Assembly: GCA_963729045.1 (NCBI GenBank)
Contig: CAVSMN010000014.1
Coordinates: 32,001 to 96,000, forward strand
DNA from: an uncultured Nitrososphaeraceae archaeon
GTDB taxonomy: Archaea > Thermoproteota > Nitrososphaeria > Nitrososphaerales > Nitrososphaeraceae
Length of the DNA: 64,000 nucleotides
Direction: 5' to 3'
The notes below the pieces were generated by a model, which saw nothing but the letters and a program-made list of their open reading frames with translations, had not been told where the DNA came from and did no database searches. The position numbers and the translations under genes are program-made. Below, one piece after another: positions 43,401-53,143 of the stretch; position 1 is the first letter of the stretch; each line of letters starts with the position of its first letter.

Positions 43401-43781
43401 TTGCTACATAATATCATTGCTATCATAGCCATTTCATTCATAGTAGTTGGTGGTTTATGGGGCATTGGTAATTTATTAAATACTCCTCAGGAAAAAAATA
43501 TTCAAAAGTCAAATGATTCAATTCTATTAATAGCTCAAAATAATGCCTTTAACCAGACCAATCCAACTTTATATGTGAATGCAAGTCAACCTACTAGACT
43601 AATAATTCTTAATAAAGACTTTGTGAAACATGATTTCATTTCTGAGGAACTAGGCATCAATACCGCCTACTTGACAACTGAGCAAGATTTTATAACAGGA
43701 ATTGCAAGTAATAAAACAGGCAACTACACATATTATTGCTCTTTTCATCCCGAAATGAAGGGAGAAATTGTTGTAAGATGA
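43401..43781 (+). CDS. Membrane-anchored cupredoxin (type-1 copper protein)
   Basis: N-terminal TM helix; KHDF...YYCSFHPEM supplies the H/C/H/M ligands. Confidence 0.88.
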   Translation: MLHNIIAIIAISFIVVGGLWGIGNLLNTPQEKNIQKSNDSILLIAQNNAFNQTNPTLYVNASQPTRLIILNKDFVKHDFISEELGINTAYLTTEQDFITGIASNKTGNYTYYCSFHPEMKGEIVVR

Positions 43782-43907
43782 TCAAAAATATGATATAACA
43801 TAAAATCACAAATATATTCAAAGAACGATTTTCACTTAACCCTGTTTTAAACTCGATAAAGTGAATTTTCTGTTAAAATATTATTAAATAACTGTTTATC
43901 TTTTTAC

Positions 43908-44477
43908 TTGCTAAGCGATTACTACATGTACAGCCCTTCAGAGGATACTTATTTTATGGAGGATATTCTCTCAAATTATAGAGGTAAAATTGCCCTTGAG
44001 GTCGGTATCGGATCTGGATACTTAACCAGATTATTATGTACAAACTTTGAGTTTGTTGTAGGAACTGATATTGATGTTAATTCTATCTTGTATGCCAAAA
44101 ATAATACTCTGGCAAATATTGGGAACAAACTGTTGGTTTGCTCTGATTTGAGTCTACCATTAAAATGTAAATTTGATTTGATTATTAGCAATCCACCGTA
44201 TTTACCAACGGATTTCGGTAATCTTGATGATACTACCGTTTATGGAGGAAAAAAAGGTATCGAATTGACTATTCGATTATTGAGATCAGTTCAATTGCAA
44301 CTTAGCGAAAGGGGGAAAATTGTGATAATGAGATCAACCTTATCTGATCTCAAAAAAATGGATGATTTCATTAATAAATTGTTTTCAAACACCAAAATAA
44401 TCGCAAAAAAAACGTTCTTTTTTGAATCTTTAGAAATATTGGAACTCTCTGGCGTAAGATATAGTTCTGTGATTTGA
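43908..44477 (+). CDS. HemK2/PrmC-like N5-glutamine methyltransferase
   Basis: YSPSEDT, LEVGIGSG and SNPPYLP motifs. Confidence 0.9.
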   Translation: MLSDYYMYSPSEDTYFMEDILSNYRGKIALEVGIGSGYLTRLLCTNFEFVVGTDIDVNSILYAKNNTLANIGNKLLVCSDLSLPLKCKFDLIISNPPYLPTDFGNLDDTTVYGGKKGIELTIRLLRSVQLQLSERGKIVIMRSTLSDLKKMDDFINKLFSNTKIIAKKTFFFESLEILELSGVRYSSVI

Positions 44478-44580
44478 TTATCTCAAGTAAAAAGAAAAGA
44501 TATATGATCAAAACTAGGACAATAAAAGGAAAAACGCAAACACAAAAGGGATCAGTTGATTTTAGTAATAGATTTTGTGA

Positions 44581-45606
44581 TTACTTTTTGATTAATGCTG
44601 CTGACCTTTGAGCAATTGCCTCTGCCATTTTTGATAATGACGATGATCCACCCAGATCGTATGTCAAAAACTTTCCCTCATCAATCGTTTGTTCAGTGGC
44701 TTTGAAAATTGCTTCTGAAATATGCTTCTCTCCCAAGTATTCGACCATCCAAGCACCTGACAATATGGTTGCCACTGGATTTACCTTGTCTTGCCTAGCA
44801 TGCTTTGGAGCGCTCCCATGAGCAGGTTCAAACATTGCATATGTATCACCATAATTTCCAGAATAAACATTGCCAATGGACCCTACATGTCCTGATGCAC
44901 ATTCAGAGATTATATCCATAAATAAATTTGTACTAAGTAGTAAACTATTGTTGAATCTTTCTGGATTCTTGACTAGTTGTTGAGTCATGTTATCGATATA
45001 ATATTCTTCGACTTCGATGTCTGGATATGTTTTGTTTGTTTCCACTACTGCATTCCAAAAAATCCCGTCGGTTTCCTTCAAAATATTTCGTTTAGTTATT
45101 GCAAATATTTTTTTAAATCCTTTTTCTTTAGCTAGTTCAAAGCCCTTTTTGACTACCCTCCTGCAACCCTTTCCAGTGGTTTTTCTAATTGCTATGGCCG
45201 AATCATCACTTGTCTTAAACTCAATACCTGCATACAGCCCTTCTGTTGATTCTCTTACACAAATAAAATTTAGCTGTAATTTCGAAATCTTGTATGTTTT
45301 GATCGGGCGGATGTTTGCGTAAAGTTGAAATTTTTGTCTTATGCTTACGGCAACACTTCTAGGTGCATCGGGATTTGGGACTGTAGTGGTAGGACCTTTA
45401 AAACAAGCATCAGATGATTTTAGAGTGTCCCATACCTCATTTGAGATATAAGAATTACCCCCATTTTTTTCCCACCATTCAGAGCCAGCGTCACATGGTA
45501 TTAATTCAACGTCAGTATTACATGATTTTAAAACTTTAATCATCGCATTAACTAATTCAGGACCAGTACCGTCACCATTTATTACAGCAGCTTTTTTATT
45601 GCTCAA
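44581..45606 (-). CDS. Isocitrate/isopropylmalate dehydrogenase family protein
   Basis: GDGTGPE, KGPTTT, LYANIRP, RESTEGLY and FEPAHGSAP motifs. Confidence 0.93.
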   Translation of the reverse strand: MSNKKAAVINGDGTGPELVNAMIKVLKSCNTDVELIPCDAGSEWWEKNGGNSYISNEVWDTLKSSDACFKGPTTTVPNPDAPRSVAVSIRQKFQLYANIRPIKTYKISKLQLNFICVRESTEGLYAGIEFKTSDDSAIAIRKTTGKGCRRVVKKGFELAKEKGFKKIFAITKRNILKETDGIFWNAVVETNKTYPDIEVEEYYIDNMTQQLVKNPERFNNSLLLSTNLFMDIISECASGHVGSIGNVYSGNYGDTYAMFEPAHGSAPKHARQDKVNPVATILSGAWMVEYLGEKHISEAIFKATEQTIDEGKFLTYDLGGSSSLSKMAEAIAQRSAALIKK

Positions 45607-45651
45607 ATGAACTCAAAAAATGTTTGACTATATTCATATTTATTTTTTCAG

Positions 45652-46227
45652 TTACTTTGGGATAAAATCAATCCTCCCAAAAAAAGCATTGGAAAATGGT
45701 GGGAACTCGGTATTATTTACAATTTTAGTAAACTCTCCTTTGTCTGAATAATACGAATATTGGATGTCATAATCGGCAAGTTCTAGAGTGCTATTTACAT
45801 ATTTGCCAGTTGAATTATCTACCAAATTTACAGTTTTATTATCATATGAATAGATTTTCATCAAGTCGGGTAAGGACAAATGAACCGGTCTGATATATTG
45901 AACATGAAGAGTATCACCTATCGAATCAGTATGAATTGGTTTTAAACATTCCTTCCCTTCTACGAGTTGCCTGCCTACGTTATCAGGAAACAAATATTGT
46001 TTATTGTCTACAAACAATTGGACCCTTGGATAAACATTGTAACTATCCAATGAATGTGCTTTGAGGCAGACGCTCAATATTTCTGGAGGGGGAACAATCT
46101 GTGTAAATACAAGTCCAAATAATACAGCTACCCCTATGATTATCGGAGGCAAAAGTAAATCCTTTTTACCCATTTTTTGGAAAAAATTCTTTCGTGGGGT
46201 CCCCTCTTTTAACTTTCTCTTGGGCAC
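45652..46227 (-). CDS. Membrane-anchored hypothetical protein
   Basis: Single TM helix, then C...CLKPIHTD. Confidence 0.7.
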   Translation of the reverse strand: MPKRKLKEGTPRKNFFQKMGKKDLLLPPIIIGVAVLFGLVFTQIVPPPEILSVCLKAHSLDSYNVYPRVQLFVDNKQYLFPDNVGRQLVEGKECLKPIHTDSIGDTLHVQYIRPVHLSLPDLMKIYSYDNKTVNLVDNSTGKYVNSTLELADYDIQYSYYSDKGEFTKIVNNTEFPPFSNAFFGRIDFIPK

Positions 46228-46347
46228 AAATTCAGTATTCTTCTAACAATATAAATTCTTTAGAAATGATGACATAATATAATACCTTTTATCTTTATGA
46301 TAAAAAATAAAAAAAATAAATGTAAACTAGTTTTTTAATAATAGTAG

Positions 46348-46761
46348 TTGTTGGACGTACATATTGATGGTGCAAGTAGAGGAAACCCTGGATTATCTGC
46401 AATAGGCATCATGATAAAAAATGACGACAAAATAATAAAAGAACACTGTGAATTTATAGGTATCCGGACCAATAATCAAGCAGAATATGAAGCATTACGG
46501 CGAGCACTTGAAATCTGTACAGACATGGATGGTGAAGTAAATATTCTATCAGATAGTGAATTATTAATAAATCAGAGAAACTTAAAGTACAGAATACGAA
46601 GTCAGGAACTAAAAATAATTTCCAGAGAAATTTCAAATCTAGAAAAAAACTATGATAAGATTACTTACAAGCATATTCCTAGAACTAAAAATAGTCGTGC
46701 GGATTATCTTGCAAACAAAGCTCTTGATAAATACGTTGGTGCAAACTCAAAGAAGGCATGA
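46348..46761 (+). CDS. rnhA: Ribonuclease HI
   Basis: DGASRGNPG, TNNQAEYEAL, SDSEL and HIPRTKNSRAD motifs. Confidence 0.95.
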   Translation: MLDVHIDGASRGNPGLSAIGIMIKNDDKIIKEHCEFIGIRTNNQAEYEALRRALEICTDMDGEVNILSDSELLINQRNLKYRIRSQELKIISREISNLEKNYDKITYKHIPRTKNSRADYLANKALDKYVGANSKKA

Positions 46762-46896
46762 CCATTATTAATCAAAAATTTGTCGCAGGTTATGAAACCA
46801 GTATTTGTAAATACTTTAACGTATGAACGTAACTAATGCATAGTACACTTTAGAATCGAAAAATCAAATAATCGGTAGATAATATACAGATGCGTA

Positions 46897-46962
46897 GGCG
46901 GCTATGAGGAATCAGAGTTATCACGTATACAATATGAAGAGAAGGCATTTGACTGAGCCGCC
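46897..46962 (+). ncRNA. Box C/D sRNA, dual guide, predicted target 23S rRNA
   Basis: Terminal stem GGCGGC/GCCGCC; box C ATGAGGA (46904-46910); C' ATGAAGA (46934-46940); box D CTGA (46953-46956); guides TCAGAGTTA and AAGGCATTTG. Confidence 0.82.
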
Positions 46963-46976
46963 AAAACATTTGGTAT

Positions 46977-48098
46977 TTAAAGAGCATTTATTTTCTTTAC
47001 GATTGTAAGGACATCTTCATCAATAATTTTGTGTTCTAAGCCTACCTTTTGACCTCCAAATTTTACGCTTTTGCCCCATACCTGAGCGAACTTAAAGTCT
47101 CTGACCATGTTTCTGTGAATCTTGTTACAAATATTCTGGACAGTACTATTCCGAGGCATAATTAGAGGCTCTTCCAAATCGGCATCTTGTCCCTTGGGTT
47201 TCATATATATTCGAACAAAGTCTAATTTATTGTAGATTTCCCGTTTAAGAAGTTCTATGTTCTTGTTTGTGTCTGCCGACACAGCTGTATATGGAATTTT
47301 AAGTTTAGAAGTTGCCATCTTGAGATATTCTGTATCAACCAAATCTATTTTATTTATAACTGCTAACGAAGGGATGTAAACCCGATTCCCGGATAAAACA
47401 TCTATTAACTGGTCAATCGTAAGACCTCTTTCTCGTATGGTGATACGACCGTTGTGGATCCCGTTTATTCGCATCACATTTCTGATAAAATTTTCATCAG
47501 CTTGTATTGGAACCTGAATATTTACCGAAATACCTCCAGTAGCAGTCTTTTCTACAATAATATCAGGAGGCTTTTCATCAACCTTGACTCCTATTTCCGA
47601 TAGTTCCTTTTTTAAGACCTCAAGATGATTGATCTGGAATACATCTAGGACAATCAAAACTAAATCTGCATTTCTGGCAACAGATAATACTCTTTTTCCC
47701 AAACCTTTGCCCGCAGCAGCACCTTCAATTATACCTGGTAAATCCAAAATCTGGATCCGTGCACCATTGTAGTCTAACATACCTGGCACAGCAGTTAATG
47801 TAGTAAATGAGTATGCTGCTGTTTTAGATTTTGCGTTTGTTAATGCATTTAATAAAGTCGATTTCCCTACACTGGGAAATCCTATCAAGACGACAGTGCC
47901 ATCGCCGGCTTTTCTAACGTCAAAGCCCGCACTGCCTCCTCCAGTAGCGACGGTCTTTCCATGGGTATTTTCCTCTTGTTCTTTCTTTAACTTTGCTATC
48001 TTGGCCTTTAGAATGCCTACGTGGAACTCAGTCGCTTTGTTTATCTGAGTTTTGTGTATCTCATCTTGAATGGCCTGGATTTTCTCTGGTATTCCCAT
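46977..48098 (-). CDS. drg: DRG-family OBG-type GTPase
   Basis: TQINKATEFH, GFPSVGKST, DLPG, NKID and C-terminal TGS domain. Confidence 0.95.
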   Translation of the reverse strand: MGIPEKIQAIQDEIHKTQINKATEFHVGILKAKIAKLKKEQEENTHGKTVATGGGSAGFDVRKAGDGTVVLIGFPSVGKSTLLNALTNAKSKTAAYSFTTLTAVPGMLDYNGARIQILDLPGIIEGAAAGKGLGKRVLSVARNADLVLIVLDVFQINHLEVLKKELSEIGVKVDEKPPDIIVEKTATGGISVNIQVPIQADENFIRNVMRINGIHNGRITIRERGLTIDQLIDVLSGNRVYIPSLAVINKIDLVDTEYLKMATSKLKIPYTAVSADTNKNIELLKREIYNKLDFVRIYMKPKGQDADLEEPLIMPRNSTVQNICNKIHRNMVRDFKFAQVWGKSVKFGGQKVGLEHKIIDEDVLTIVKKINAL

Positions 48099-48168
48099 TG
48101 GTTTTAATATTAGTCTATAAAAATAACAATAAAAATTTTGTTAATAGTGTCTTAGTTGTCCCCCTTAG

Positions 48169-48624
48169 TTATTTCAATACCATAAAAAATTTCAGACCGT
48201 ATACTACTGCAACGGTGGTAATGAATCCTAGCATTCCTAACCATGGCAATGCCGGAATTTTGGGGGTTTTTATTTTTATTTGATGATCTTCTACAATATT
48301 TGTGATGTAATCCTTGACAATTGAATGCCATAATTGATATTCGATACGGTGTTTTTTTAAGATGGTCTCAATTTCATATACCACAGGAACTCTTACTGAT
48401 TTTATATGCTGTAAATAATTTCTAGAGATTTCGACCTCCGCATGGATTCCAATCAAACCTTGATTAAAATCTAGGAGTCTTACATGCATTTCCCATGGTT
48501 TTTTTAGTTTTTTTGAGAACCCACTACCAATTTGAGTAGGCTTTTTATGTTCAAATTTTACCATTTTAAACCCTTCAGAAACTAATGTATTGACAATTTC
48601 ATCTTTTCTTATTTTAACCATCAA
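48169..48624 (-). CDS. Hypothetical protein with C-terminal TM helix
   Basis: PWEMHVRL..HAEVEISRNYLQH; hydrophobic tail. Confidence 0.7.
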   Translation of the reverse strand: MMVKIRKDEIVNTLVSEGFKMVKFEHKKPTQIGSGFSKKLKKPWEMHVRLLDFNQGLIGIHAEVEISRNYLQHIKSVRVPVVYEIETILKKHRIEYQLWHSIVKDYITNIVEDHQIKIKTPKIPALPWLGMLGFITTVAVVYGLKFFMVLK

Positions 48625-48794
48625 AAATAAATAATCTCAGCTCGACCTCTTCTCTTTTAATAAGGTTCTGAATCCCTTGTAGAAGATTCATTCTTCTAGG
48701 ATATAATGTAGAAAATTCAGCCATGAACAGTTTTCTCCAATTACAATTGATATAATATTGTTTGACTATTTATAATTTAAAAAATTAAAACTTT

Positions 48795-49646
48795 TCAAAT
48801 ATATGATGGAGCTGTTCTCTTTGAAAGTCCTCGTACATAAATGTCAAATTTGCTATCCATGTTCAAGGTATCACTCGAGACAGGATTGTCAGTCATCTTA
48901 ATATTTAATCCCCTTATTATTATGACTGGAGTCGACGCGTCAGATTCTCCCATTATCATCGTCCCGAGGGAAGCCAGACAATCGGCAAGATTTTGAGATG
49001 TATATTTTAGAACATTTCCAAAAAGATCAAAAGTCCCTTTCAGGTCTATTACTGGTTCAAACCCGCAGCAAGCTAATGCAACGCCTACTGTACCTTTTCT
49101 CATAGGTAAGATTCTACTATCCGACAATACTATCCCGACCCTTTTCAAGGAATTTACCAAAAATTTCTGTTTGAGGATCTCTATGGAGTGGTACGGATAT
49201 TTTGGATACAAAACAACACTACCTTTGGGCACGTTTGACTTATCAATGCCTGCATTAGGCGCCAACACTTTATGAATAGATGTTAGAACAAAGCCATATA
49301 GTCCACCAAAAATTTCATCAGACTCCCTGAGAATTAGTTCCATCATTTTTGGATCTATGTGATAAAGTTTAGATGCTTGAATAGCCTGACTACTTGGTTT
49401 TATCCTAGTTAATTTCTTGATCCTACCTTCACTTATCGAAAGATATTTGCTTGATATAACAAGCACATCGTTATCTTCGATGTTTATTTTTCCTATGTTC
49501 TTGCTAATTTTATCATACAAATCAAATTCTGATGATTCTCTATCTAGGTGGATGGGAATAACTTCCAAATTATGGTATTTCTCAAAGCAATCTATATAAT
49601 TAATTTTATTCTGATTGACTTTAAATTCTTCAAAAGCTAAATTCAA
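48795..49646 (-). CDS. cofE: Coenzyme F420-0:L-glutamate ligase
   Basis: DVLVISSK..SISEG, PNAGIDKSN, SDSRILPMRKG and MGESDASTP motifs. Confidence 0.9.
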   Translation of the reverse strand: MNLAFEEFKVNQNKINYIDCFEKYHNLEVIPIHLDRESSEFDLYDKISKNIGKINIEDNDVLVISSKYLSISEGRIKKLTRIKPSSQAIQASKLYHIDPKMMELILRESDEIFGGLYGFVLTSIHKVLAPNAGIDKSNVPKGSVVLYPKYPYHSIEILKQKFLVNSLKRVGIVLSDSRILPMRKGTVGVALACCGFEPVIDLKGTFDLFGNVLKYTSQNLADCLASLGTMIMGESDASTPVIIIRGLNIKMTDNPVSSDTLNMDSKFDIYVRGLSKRTAPSYI

Positions 49647-49686
49647 AAAGTATTAATCATTAGCAGTCATATTTAATAATATTACT

Positions 49687-50964
49687 ATGGGAATGACATT
49701 AACCGAAAAAATCCTAGCTCATTCCTCAAATTCTAAAGCGGTTACTCCTGGAGACATCATCTTTTCCAACGTTGATAAAGCGATGATTCATGATGTATCA
49801 GGTCCTGGAGTTATCAAGGTGTTTAAGGAATTGGAAAAAAAGGGCTATAAATTGGAAAAATTATGGGACCCTGATAAAGTATGGATTTCTGAAGATCACT
49901 TTGTTCCAGCCTCCGATAGAATTTCTGCTGACAATGTGATACAATTAACAAAATGGGCTCAAAAATATGGTATTAAGAAACACTTCAAGTATGGAATGGG
50001 ACAATATGGCATTTGTCATACGATTTCTCATGAAGAGGGGTTAGTGTTACCTGGAGAAGTTTATGTTGGTGGAGATTCACATACTAATACTACAGGTGCA
50101 ATTGGTGCTTTTAGTGCAGGGCTTGGTCATACAGATATTGCCTATGTCTTAAAACATGGCAAAATTTGGTTTAAGGTACCAGAAACTATGATGTTTAAGG
50201 TAACAGGAAAAAAACCAGATTATATTATGGCCAAAGATATTATCTTGAATATTATTTCTGATATAGGGACTGATGGGGCAAATTACAAGGCGATGCAATT
50301 TAGTGGTAGTGTTATAGATGGTATGGAAATGGAGGAAAGATTTACTTTAACTAATATGACAACTGAGGCAGGTGCAAAAAACGGAATAATTGAACCAGAT
50401 AGCACTACTGTAGATTATTTAAGGACAAGACTCGGGGCATTAGACTTTAACCTAATTAAAGGAGATCCAAATGCCGAATTTAGTGAAATATTTGATTATG
50501 ATTGCGAAAAAATGGAACCTTCTGTGGCAAAACCATACTCGCCGGAGAATGTTGTCCCCGTAAGAGAGGTTCAAGGCACAGAAATAGACAAAGCCTATAT
50601 AGGATCTTGTACTGGTGCAAAGCTTTCTGACCTCAGATCTGCAGCCAAGATCTTGGAAGGAAAAAAAGTTAAAGTACGAACCGAGGTGCTCCCTGCTGCT
50701 CAATCAATCTATATGAAGGCTATTAAAGAGGGCTTGGTTACCATTTTTATGGAGTCTGGGGCAGTTATTGGTCCACCTACATGTGGAGCTTGTTGCGGTG
50801 CTCATATGGGTGTTTTAGGAAAGGATGAAATTTGTGCAAGCACGACTAACAGAAATTTTCCAGGTAGAATGGGAGATGTAACGTCGCAAACATATCTTGC
50901 CTCCCCGATGGTTGTAGCTGCGTCAGCGATTACCGGAAAATTAACGGACCCGAGGGATTTATGA
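49687..50964 (+). CDS. leuC: 3-isopropylmalate/homoaconitate dehydratase large subunit
   Basis: GMTLTEKIL, DSHT, IGSCT, CGACCG and STTNRNFPGRMG motifs. Confidence 0.93.
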   Translation: MGMTLTEKILAHSSNSKAVTPGDIIFSNVDKAMIHDVSGPGVIKVFKELEKKGYKLEKLWDPDKVWISEDHFVPASDRISADNVIQLTKWAQKYGIKKHFKYGMGQYGICHTISHEEGLVLPGEVYVGGDSHTNTTGAIGAFSAGLGHTDIAYVLKHGKIWFKVPETMMFKVTGKKPDYIMAKDIILNIISDIGTDGANYKAMQFSGSVIDGMEMEERFTLTNMTTEAGAKNGIIEPDSTTVDYLRTRLGALDFNLIKGDPNAEFSEIFDYDCEKMEPSVAKPYSPENVVPVREVQGTEIDKAYIGSCTGAKLSDLRSAAKILEGKKVKVRTEVLPAAQSIYMKAIKEGLVTIFMESGAVIGPPTCGACCGAHMGVLGKDEICASTTNRNFPGRMGDVTSQTYLASPMVVAASAITGKLTDPRDL

Positions 50965-51455
50965 TGGTTTTAAAAGGTACTGTGCATAAATACAATAGGC
51001 CGAATATAGACACGGATGTTATAATTCCAGGTCCGTATCTAAAAATTCATGATCATGACGAACTTGCAAAACATGCCATGGAAGGATTAGATGCTAATTT
51101 TATAAACAAAGTTTCAAAAGGTGATTTTCTCTTGGTGGGTCATAATTTTGGGTGTGGATCTAGTAGGGAACATGCTCCAATTGCTCTATCAAAAACGGGT
51201 ATTAAAGCTATTTTGTCTCCATCTTTTGCAAGAATCTTCTACAGAAATTCTATAGATGGTGGTTATTTACTACCAATTGAAATTGAAGAAAATATTTTGG
51301 AAAAAATAGATGATAAGGATGAAATAGAAATTAATTTAGACACGAATACCGTTTTCAACGTTACTAAAAAAGAATCTTATCCAATCAAACCATTTAGTAA
51401 AATAATTTCTGATATCATAGAAGCCGGTGGGCTTTTTAACTATCAAATCCCTTGA
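50961..51455 (+). CDS. leuD: 3-isopropylmalate/homoaconitate dehydratase small subunit
   Basis: NIDTDVIIP, NFGCGSSREHA and SFARIFYRN motifs. Confidence 0.93.
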   Translation: MMVLKGTVHKYNRPNIDTDVIIPGPYLKIHDHDELAKHAMEGLDANFINKVSKGDFLLVGHNFGCGSSREHAPIALSKTGIKAILSPSFARIFYRNSIDGGYLLPIEIEENILEKIDDKDEIEINLDTNTVFNVTKKESYPIKPFSKIISDIIEAGGLFNYQIP

Positions 51456-51516
51456 AAAATATCAAAGCATTCAATTAAAAATGAATACTTTTTAATTTTC
51501 ACAAAATTCAAAGAAG

Positions 51517-51990
51517 CTAGTCGGGATGTACTTTACTAATGTAGGAATTTGATGATTGCAATATGCTTGCAGGATTTAGGTACTCAAAATCTAATTTATT
51601 TTGAGAATGATAAAACATAATCTGTTTCTTTCTTTCCTCGTCTATAACATCTGAGTTAGAGTAGTATACTACGAGCTCAAATAAATCCAACTCTTCGAAT
51701 CGTTTTACATGGGCCATCTGTATATCCCCGTGTTTAAAACACATTGAATGTGCCAAGGCACATGCAAATTCAAAATTCTTTCCCCTGAAATTTTCGATTA
51801 CAAGATTCGAGGATATCGTTTCAAGCAATTCGATTCTATTTGATTGATGGCTGATATCGTAATTATTTTGCATGGTTTCGCCTACTATTTTGTTCTCAAA
51901 TAATATTTTTATTTCGCATTTATTAAAAAACGATTCCATCAGATATTGCCGGCTCCGTCTCATTAAAGAATGATGCAGTCTCCAACTCAT
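51517..51990 (-). CDS. Hypothetical protein
   Basis: 157-aa ORF with no motif I recognise. Confidence 0.55.
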   Translation of the reverse strand: MSWRLHHSLMRRSRQYLMESFFNKCEIKILFENKIVGETMQNNYDISHQSNRIELLETISSNLVIENFRGKNFEFACALAHSMCFKHGDIQMAHVKRFEELDLFELVVYYSNSDVIDEERKKQIMFYHSQNKLDFEYLNPASILQSSNSYISKVHPD

Positions 51991-52144
51991 TTATCTTGTG
52001 GAATTATTTACTAGTCTTCTTGAATAGTCTTTTAACACTTAATATGAAATAGCTTTAATGCAAGAAAAAAATATTTTAGGTTGAATAATCTCGCAAAAAA
52101 CCGGTTCTAATCGAATCCGATTGAAATTTCTCATACTTTATTTG

Positions 52145-52756
52145 TCACGAGTAGGTTCCAGTCAAGTCTCTATATACCTCAAGTGCACTTTCTATATTAT
52201 TATTTATAATAGAATGAAATACTTTTCCACTAAAAGAATAACTAACCAAAAAAGGTTCATTTGTTATAATACGCAATCCATTCCCAGAGAACTGGACACT
52301 ACCGGTGTTTTTGGGCTCGTCAAGCAGATTAGTTGGAATTACCGCAGTATCGTTAATAGGAAATGTATATAGTGTTCCAAATTGGACAGGCAGTTTCAAG
52401 CTATTATTTATAGTCAATATATTCAACGATTGTATTTGTACGGGTTTACTCGAAGTAAAAGTCAATACTCCTGAATAAGTAGTGCTTTCATTTTTGACTG
52501 GGAAAATAAAAAATGATTGTTCAAGCCCTGAATTGTGAAAGACATCAGGATTTGAGGATACTGTTCCACTAAAAGAAACGTCCTGAGATCCTTGACTGGT
52601 ATTATTCATGCTAACTGTGGCGAAAACAGAAAGTGAAAAACCTGGTGTTACATAAATAAAAAAAATTACTAATAGTACAATTAGAGTGAGCCTTGGCATC
52701 CTAAAAAATGAACTGCATTGGCACTTGTTGCTGTTATAGATTGATACTTTGATCAT
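52145..52756 (-). CDS. Exported hypothetical protein
   Basis: Signal peptide (likely start MPRLTL) and a beta-rich body (YSGVLTFTSSKPV). Confidence 0.65.
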   Translation of the reverse strand: MIKVSIYNSNKCQCSSFFRMPRLTLIVLLVIFFIYVTPGFSLSVFATVSMNNTSQGSQDVSFSGTVSSNPDVFHNSGLEQSFFIFPVKNESTTYSGVLTFTSSKPVQIQSLNILTINNSLKLPVQFGTLYTFPINDTAVIPTNLLDEPKNTGSVQFSGNGLRIITNEPFLVSYSFSGKVFHSIINNNIESALEVYRDLTGTYS

Positions 52757-52807
52757 TGGACTAATTAAATATTTGATTCTATGGTTGATAATTAAAACTA
52801 TTAGAAT

Positions 52808-52996
52808 TTATTGAGTTAAATCAACAATGCTCTTCTGAATTACTTGCTTGGCTTCATTTGAAATATTATAACAATCAAGTATTTTTTTTGGGCTCCTAAT
52901 CAGTCGTTTCCTGAATTCGGGTTCACTGGCTGCCTTAAGTAAAATCTCGCTTATAACTTCAGCTTCTATATTGATAGAACTCAAGTAGTTCCTCAA
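52808..52996 (-). CDS. NHLP-clan (Os1348-like) small protein
   Basis: EILLKAASEPEFRKRLIRSPKKILDCYNISNEAKQVI matches the NHLP leader pattern (I.KA..DPEFR.RL..DP..AL..Y.L..E); divergent from ycaO. Confidence 0.72.
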   Translation of the reverse strand: MRNYLSSINIEAEVISEILLKAASEPEFRKRLIRSPKKILDCYNISNEAKQVIQKSIVDLTQ

Positions 52997-53143
52997 GAGG
53001 AATTATATTATATATACTTTTACTATTCCCCTCTGCTTTTTATGAACCATTAATCCATCTATGCCCTTTGATTTAGCATTAACATCATAGTCAATCCAAT
53101 AATTAAAATAATATCTTATAGAAATGATGAATGTAAATTCTTA

